Of a stretch of DNA of 64,000 nucleotides, positions 26,432 to 31,461 are shown piece after piece. Below the pieces are notes generated by a model. It did no database searches. It had not been told where the DNA came from and saw nothing but the letters and a program-made list of their open reading frames with translations. This stretch comes from Verrucomicrobia bacterium UBA3783. Lineage in GTDB: Bacteria > Verrucomicrobiota > Kiritimatiellia > RFP12 > UBA1067. The translations under genes and the position numbers were made by a program. Position 1 is the first letter of the stretch. Every line of letters begins with the position of its first letter. Location: positions 6,586-70,585 of the forward strand of contig DFFF01000024.1 of NCBI GenBank assembly GCA_002369235.1, written 5' to 3'.

Positions 26432-27650
26432 ACTCCTTGAGTTTGCAGCCATCGTAGATGAAGAGCCGGCAATCGATCGGCCCGTTGAAAAACGGCACCC
26501 GGTTGCGGTAGACAAGCGGAATCTCCTGCGCAAGTTTGGGATTGCCGGTGATGACTCCTCCCATATAGCCCGCGCATTTCTCCGCCATGAATTCTCCCAT
26601 CCGGCGATATACGGGAGCGAGTTCCTCCTCGGTTCCCAGACGGATTCCATACTCCGGATTGAAGAAAATCATGCCTTTTTCTTCCGGAATCTTCGTTTCC
26701 GCAAAATCGCAGGCGGCAAAATCGATGTATGGCGCCACTCCGGCGGCGATGGCGTTGGTGTGCGCGTTTTCGATCGCATCGGGCGAAATGTCGGTCGCGA
26801 TGATTTTGGGGAGATTCTCCGTCTTCTCCTGCTCGCGCGCCTCGATCAGCTTCTCTCTCCACAACTGCTCGGGCGAGGCGCCCGCCGTCTGGCGCGGCGC
26901 GATGCGCGGCGCCTTCCTGCCGGGGATTATCCGCGTATAGCCCTTGATCGACTGGAACGCAAAATGCCCCTTCAAAAGTCCAGGCGCACGGTTCATGGCC
27001 ATCATCACCGCCTCGATCGCCGGCGTCCCGGAGCCGCACATCGGAAATACGAACGGACTTTTCCCGTCCCATCCCATCGCCATGATGCAGGCCGCCGCCA
27101 GCGTCTCTTGCATTGGCGCGCTCCCGGGTATCTTGCGGTAGCCGCGCTTAGACAAGGGTTCGCCGGTGGTATCGATATACACGATTATCTCATTTCGTTC
27201 CCAATACACGAAAACCGCCGCCCCGATGTTCATCCCGCCGGAGTCCGGACGGCGCTGACACTTGTCGCGCATGCGGTCGGCAATCGCGTCTTTCGCGTAA
27301 AGCGACGGAATGCGCGTGTCGCGGATCGTATCGTTGTGGACAATCGAACTCACGCTGAAATAGCCGTCGGCATCGAGTATGTTCTCCCAGTCGATGGAAT
27401 ACACGAGCTCGTACAAATCCTTGATTTTGCGGCAATCCGCCCGCAAAAGCGGCACGAGCACGCGATGCGCGGTGCGGAGATTGAGATTCAGACGCATTAC
27501 GTCGTCGAACTCTCCCCTCACCACGACCGTGTTCTCGGTCCGCTCCACAATCTTGTACCCCATCGCTTTGAGCTCAATCTCGGTCCAGCGCGAAAGTTCC
27601 TTCGCGCAGCTGACGATTATGGGGTAGTTTTTATCGGTGAAAAGTTTCAT
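26415..27650 (-). CDS. THUMP-domain class I SAM-dependent RNA methyltransferase (RlmL/YpsC-like)
   Basis: 411 aa with an N-terminal THUMP region (...RGEFDDVMRLNLNLRTAHRVLVPL...). It also has ...RGYRKIPGSAPMQETLAAACIMAMGW and the SAM motif FVFPMCGSGTPAIEA. Confidence 0.75.
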   Translation of the reverse strand: MKLFTDKNYPIIVSCAKELSRWTEIELKAMGYKIVERTENTVVVRGEFDDVMRLNLNLRTAHRVLVPLLRADCRKIKDLYELVYSIDWENILDADGYFSVSSIVHNDTIRDTRIPSLYAKDAIADRMRDKCQRRPDSGGMNIGAAVFVYWERNEIIVYIDTTGEPLSKRGYRKIPGSAPMQETLAAACIMAMGWDGKSPFVFPMCGSGTPAIEAVMMAMNRAPGLLKGHFAFQSIKGYTRIIPGRKAPRIAPRQTAGASPEQLWREKLIEAREQEKTENLPKIIATDISPDAIENAHTNAIAAGVAPYIDFAACDFAETKIPEEKGMIFFNPEYGIRLGTEEELAPVYRRMGEFMAEKCAGYMGGVITGNPKLAQEIPLVYRNRVPFFNGPIDCRLFIYDGCKLKEYAKHE

Positions 27651-27652
27651 CT

Positions 27653-28744
27653 TCAGCCAATCGTCCTGAGCGGCATGATCACGTAAATGAACGGAATGCT
27701 GCAGGTTATCACGGCGGCGGTGCTGCCATCGAGCATCTTGATCGTGATTTCATCGTCGTCGATCGCCTTGAGCGGATCGAGCAGATAGGCGGGATCGAAA
27801 CTCACCTCGATCTTCTCGCCGAGATACTTGATCGGCAGTTCGTCGTTCAGTTCCCCGATGTCGCTCGAGGACGAGCGCACGAAGAGCGTGTTGCCTTCAA
27901 ATGTAAGCGACGCCGAGCGGTCGTTTCCGAATACGCTCACGCGCTCGATCGCGCTGATGAACTCCTGGCGGTCGAGCTTTACTTCATTGGGGAGGTTGGT
28001 CGGAATTACGAGGCGGTAGTTGGGGTATTTGTCGTCGATGAGTTTGGAATAGATCGTTATGCCTTCAAGTTCGAAGGCGATGTTCGTGTTGCGCAGCACG
28101 ATCTTCACCTCGCCTTCTCCCTCAAGCGACTTGTTGATCTCGTTGATCGCCTTGGACGGAACGATCACATCGCGGTCGGTTCCCGCCGGAAATTCGAGTT
28201 CCTGCTCCACCATCGCCATGCGCTTGCCGTTGGTGGCGACCATCGTGAGCTTCTGATCCTTGAAACTGAAGAGCACTCCGCGGAGCGGACGGCGGGTCTC
28301 ATCCTGGGAAACGGCGTAGGCGACCTTGCGGATCATTTCGTGGAGAACCGCCTTTTCCACCGTGTATTGATAGTTTTCATCCTCAAGCGCGATGCGCGGA
28401 AAGTTCACCATGGGCTTGCCGGTGAATCTGTAGCGCGACCGGGCGGCGTTCACTACCGCAATGTCGTTTTCATCCACGCTCACGTTTACGATTCCATCCG
28501 TGGCTTTTGCAATCGCGGAAAAGAGCGTCTTGGCGGGAAGCGTGGTCGCGCCCGGCTCCTCTACTTCGCACTTCACCTCGCGCCGCACGGTCATGTCCAG
28601 ATCCGTGGTGGTCAAAACGAGCTTCCCGTCAGCCGCTTCAAGCAGCACGTTCTGCATCATCTGGTTTACCGCCTTCGCGGGAATGACGCTCTGTACATCC
28701 TTAAGTCCGTCGAGAAATGTTCCTTTGGTGATTGAAAGTTTCAT
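27653..28744 (-). CDS. dnaN: DNA polymerase III beta sliding clamp
   Basis: 363 aa. MKLSITKGTFLDGLKDVQSVIPAKAVNQMMQNVLLEAADGKLVLTTTDLDM and a three-domain repeat pattern are present, and it lies directly downstream of dnaA. Confidence 0.92.
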   Translation of the reverse strand: MKLSITKGTFLDGLKDVQSVIPAKAVNQMMQNVLLEAADGKLVLTTTDLDMTVRREVKCEVEEPGATTLPAKTLFSAIAKATDGIVNVSVDENDIAVVNAARSRYRFTGKPMVNFPRIALEDENYQYTVEKAVLHEMIRKVAYAVSQDETRRPLRGVLFSFKDQKLTMVATNGKRMAMVEQELEFPAGTDRDVIVPSKAINEINKSLEGEGEVKIVLRNTNIAFELEGITIYSKLIDDKYPNYRLVIPTNLPNEVKLDRQEFISAIERVSVFGNDRSASLTFEGNTLFVRSSSSDIGELNDELPIKYLGEKIEVSFDPAYLLDPLKAIDDDEITIKMLDGSTAAVITCSIPFIYVIMPLRTIG

Positions 28745-28865
28745 TGTTTACATTCCTTCTATTTTTTATTTGTTTTTCTCTTTAAATCATATTAGTATTA
28801 TCAGGACGGTTGAGAAGTTGACAATTCGCTTTTCTCCAATGTTTTCAGGCATGAAGACAGCATTT

Positions 28866-28874
28866 TTATCAACT
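28866..28874. promoter_or_regulatory. DnaA-box-like 9-mer TTATCAACT in the AT-rich dnaA-dnaN spacer
   Basis: Seen in the 197-bp AT-rich spacer 28745-28941. It is a single site, two mismatches from TTATCCACA. Confidence 0.3.
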
Positions 28875-28941
28875 TTAGAATGTCTGCAAATTGTAGAGTG
28901 CTGTTCATATTTTTTACAATTGGCCGGATGTCTACAAGTTG

Positions 28942-30351
28942 TCAGTCCCTCATGTCCTTCATCGAGAAGCCAAGTTTGTTGATAACTTCATTGAGTTTCT
29001 CCACAATCTGCGGTTCGGTGTCCAGATGGTTCTTGAACTTCTTTACGCCGCTGAGAATGGTGGCATGGGTCTTCTTGAAGTGCATTTCAAGCTGCTTGTA
29101 GCCAAGCTGGGTGAAGTTGTAGGAGATGAACATCGCCATCTGGCGCGGCAAAACAAGTTCCTGCGTCCGCTCCGACGACTGGATCTGTTCAAGCGTGATG
29201 TTGAAATGGCTGCAAACGGTGTCGATTATATCCTGGCAGGTTATCGCCTTTATCTTCTTTTCCTTGTCGATCTGGTCTTTCAGGATTATATTCAGAACCG
29301 TATTTGAAATATTGTCCTTGAAGTTGGGATCGTTTTCGGCGAGGACTTTGATCTTATTGAGAGCCCCTTCCATCGCGCGCACCTGGCTGCGGATGTTTTC
29401 GGCAATAAAGACGAGCGCCATTTCCGGAATGAGCGAAGCAAAGCTTTCCGCTTTCTTCTTCAAAATGGCGAGGCGGGTCTCGAATTGCGGAGCTTCAATC
29501 GACTGGACGATGCCGCCTTCGAAGCGGCTCATCAGTCTAGGCTCCAGCGCCGGCAGATTCTTTGGCGCGACATCGCTCGTCATCACAATCTGCTTGCCGT
29601 TGTTCTGGAGCGTGTAGAAAGTATTGAAAAATTCTTCCTGAAGATTGTTTTTCGACGCCATGAACTGCACATCGTCCATCAAGAGAACATCCAAAGTGCG
29701 GTAGCGCTGTCGGAAATTGTCCAGCGTATGCTTTTGCAGCGCATTCATGTATTCGTTCATGAACGCTTCGGCATTGATGTAGCAAATCTTCAGATCTGGC
29801 CGGTTGGCCTTGAGTTCGTTGCCGATCGCCTGCATGAGGTGGGTCTTGCCAAGCCCCGTGCCGCCATGGATGAAAAACGGATTGTAGGCCTTGTTGCCGG
29901 GGTCTTTCGATATGCCCTTCGCGGTGTTCAACGCCCAGCGGTTGGACATGCCCTCGACAAACTCCGAAAATACATACTCCGGCTTCAGGCTGAGTCCCAG
30001 CGGCTCCTCGGCGGCGGCGGCGCTATCCTGAAATTGAGAATGAAGCGGCTGCGCTTTCGGCGGCGCAATGGTAATATGCTTAGGCTCGGCAACGACATAT
30101 TTGAGCGAAAATGATTCCGGCGCCCCGGCAAGACGCAAAGCGTCCAAAAGTCTGTCCGACATCTTGTTTTCGAAAATCGACTTCGTTTGCTCGCTGTTGA
30201 GCGAAACCACCAAAGTGTCGCCATCCGTGCGCAAGTCCTCGACATTTGAAAAATGCCTCTCCGCCAGAGAACGATCCGCCTCCGAGTTCGTAAGCCTCAG
30301 ATATACTTCCCTCGCCCGCTTCCAGAGGTTATTCATCTCTTTGTCTTCCAT
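28942..30351 (-). CDS. dnaA: Chromosomal replication initiator protein DnaA
   Basis: 469 aa. It has the Walker A GGTGLGKTHLMQAIGNE and ...LLMDDVQFMASKNNLQEEFFNTFYTLQNNGKQIVMTSD, plus a C-terminal DNA-binding domain (...LPRQMAMFISYNFTQLGYKQLEMHFKKTHATILSGVKKF). Confidence 0.95.
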   Translation of the reverse strand: MEDKEMNNLWKRAREVYLRLTNSEADRSLAERHFSNVEDLRTDGDTLVVSLNSEQTKSIFENKMSDRLLDALRLAGAPESFSLKYVVAEPKHITIAPPKAQPLHSQFQDSAAAAEEPLGLSLKPEYVFSEFVEGMSNRWALNTAKGISKDPGNKAYNPFFIHGGTGLGKTHLMQAIGNELKANRPDLKICYINAEAFMNEYMNALQKHTLDNFRQRYRTLDVLLMDDVQFMASKNNLQEEFFNTFYTLQNNGKQIVMTSDVAPKNLPALEPRLMSRFEGGIVQSIEAPQFETRLAILKKKAESFASLIPEMALVFIAENIRSQVRAMEGALNKIKVLAENDPNFKDNISNTVLNIILKDQIDKEKKIKAITCQDIIDTVCSHFNITLEQIQSSERTQELVLPRQMAMFISYNFTQLGYKQLEMHFKKTHATILSGVKKFKNHLDTEPQIVEKLNEVINKLGFSMKDMRD

Positions 30352-30770
30352 TGCTGCCGCCTTTTCTGCTTGCCGTTTGCCGCCATTGCCCTTTTTTTCT
30401 GCTTGCCGTTTGCCGCCGTTGCGTTTGCTCTTTGCTGTTGTTCTGTTTTGCGCTTGCCGCCGTTGTGCTTGCTGTTGTTCTGTTGTTGCGCTTGCCTGCC
30501 GTTGCGCTTTTTGTTGCTACCGTTGTGCTCTTTGCTGTTGTTCTGTTTTGCTTGTCTGCCGTTGAGTTGCGTTCAGTTGCTCTCTTGTCTGTTTTAGTCT
30601 TGCGTTGCCATTACTGTAGTTCTGCGGCAGCCTTTACTGCTCGCGTTATCGCCTTTCATCCTCTGCTTGCGCTGTTTGTTGCTGCATTGTTGCTGGCATT
30701 GCCGTTCTTGTAGTTTATTGGTTTTCGTTGCTTTTGCTGCCGCACTGCTTTGAGTTGCTCTTTTCAACTG
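30352..30770. repeat. A-depleted (plus strand) imperfect-repeat tract forming the putative T/U-free leader of dnaA
   Basis: My count gives only 2 A residues on the plus strand in 30352-30564 (positions 30385 and 30519) and about 20 in 30352-30770. Internal direct repeats include CTGCTTGCCGTTTGCCGCC (x2) and CTCTTTGCTGTTGTTCTGTTTTGC (x2). Confidence 0.8.
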
Positions 30771-30795
30771 TAGACAGTGCGCCCTTTCAGCGTGT

Positions 30796-30804
30796 ATAAT
30801 ATCA
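30796..30804 (-). promoter_or_regulatory. Candidate dnaA promoter -10 (TGATATTAT, minus strand); a plus-strand TAGACA-18 bp-TATAAT (30771-30800) overlaps it divergently
   Basis: The minus strand reads ACAAAATATGATATTATACAC, one mismatch from the window's recurrent A-run + TGnTATAAT motif. It would give a leader of about 440 nt. The plus strand carries TAGACA at 30771-30776 and TATAAT at 30795-30800. Confidence 0.35.
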
Positions 30805-30851
30805 TATTTTGTCGCAATAAATCAATGAAATCTTATGATAAGTTATAAACG

Positions 30852-30876
30852 GTTATCAACAAATTTTGTTGATAAC
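30852..30876. promoter_or_regulatory. Perfect palindrome of two DnaA-box-like 9-mers (GTTATCAACAAA-T-TTTGTTGATAAC)
   Basis: Two 12-nt perfect inverted arms flank a single central T. They contain TTATCAACA (30853-30861) and TGTTGATAA (30867-30875), each one mismatch from TTATCCACA. The palindrome lies in the only AT-rich patch of the dnaA upstream region. Confidence 0.6.
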
Positions 30877-30900
30877 TCTGGTTGACAATGCTGTGGCATC

Positions 30901-31314
30901 TTCTAGCCTAGCAGGGCTAGCTGGGCTAGACGGGCTAGCTTTCTAGCTTTGCTAGCTTTTCTAGCCCTGCTAGCCCCTCTAGCTCTGCTAGCTTTTCTAG
31001 CCCCGCTAGACTAGCTAGCCCTTCTAGCTCCTCTAGCCCTTCTAGCCCCTCTAGCTGCGCTAGCCCCGCTAGCTTTTCTAGCTCTTCTAGCTTTTCTAGC
31101 TCTTCTGGCCCTGCTAGCTCTGCTAGTTCCTCTAGCCCTTCTGGCCCCGCTAGCTTTTCTAGCTCTTCTAGCTTTTCTAGCTCTTCTGGCCCTGCTAGCT
31201 CTTCTAGCCCTGCTAGCTTTTCTAGATCTCCTAGCCCCGCTAGCCCTGCTAGCTCTGCTAGTTTCTCTAGCTCTTCTAGCTCTTCTAGCCCCGCTAGACT
31301 AGCTAGCCCCGCTA
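30901..31314. repeat. Phase-locked 9-bp tandem array, unit CTAGC + 4 pyrimidine-rich nt (about 47 units)
   Basis: CTAG (CTGG in 3 units) starts at 30943 + 9k for k = 0..41, up to 31312. Four more units at 30908-30935 are in a register shifted by 1 bp. A 58-bp block at 31064-31121 is repeated exactly at 31145-31202 (offset 81 bp). Confidence 0.95.
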
Positions 31315-31446
31315 GAAGTCTAGCCTTCTAGACTACGAAGTCCAGCCTTCTAGACTACGAAGTCCAGCATCCTGGACTACGAAGTCTAGCCCCTTAGACT
31401 GCGAAGTCCAGACTTCTAGACTACGAAGTCCAGCCTTCTAGGCTAC
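31315..31446. repeat. Six tandem 22-bp repeats, each with a 16-bp dyad GTCYAG-N4-CTRGAC (iteron/centromere-like)
   Basis: Units start at 31315, 31337, 31359, 31381, 31403 and 31425, with consensus GAAGTCCAGCCTTCTAGACTAC. The dyad is perfect in unit 1 (GTCTAGCCTTCTAGAC) and unit 3 (GTCCAGCATCCTGGAC), and the spacer is TACGAA. Confidence 0.95.
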
Positions 31447-31461
31447 TAGGCGGACGGGCTT

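Noticed and set aside
30333-30386. 17-codon uORF (MAANGKQKRRQQWKTKR) starting at one of the two T residues in the dnaA leader and overlapping the dnaA ATG
   Set aside because: The only SD-like sequence (AAAGGG) lies 2-3 nt from the ATG, and there is no supporting evidence. It is noted only as a possibility for translational coupling.
30068-30713. Plus-strand ORFs encoding Cys/Leu/Phe-rich peptides (30068-30565, 30253-30597, 30351-30713)
   Set aside because: They are an artefact of translating the A-depleted tract, where no stop codons are possible without A. There is no RBS, and the sequences are repetitive nonsense.
30901-31314. Coding potential of the 9-bp array (frames without TAG would read Leu-Ala-x or Ala-Arg-x tripeptide repeats)
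   Set aside because: No start codon or RBS is present, the off-register GACTAGCTAGC units introduce stops, and the ORF track shows no ORF of 60 aa or more on either strand.
30901-31446. CRISPR array interpretation of the CTAG and 22-bp repeats
   Set aside because: The repeats are contiguous with no unique spacers, the units (9 and 22 bp) are too short, and there are no cas genes or leader nearby.
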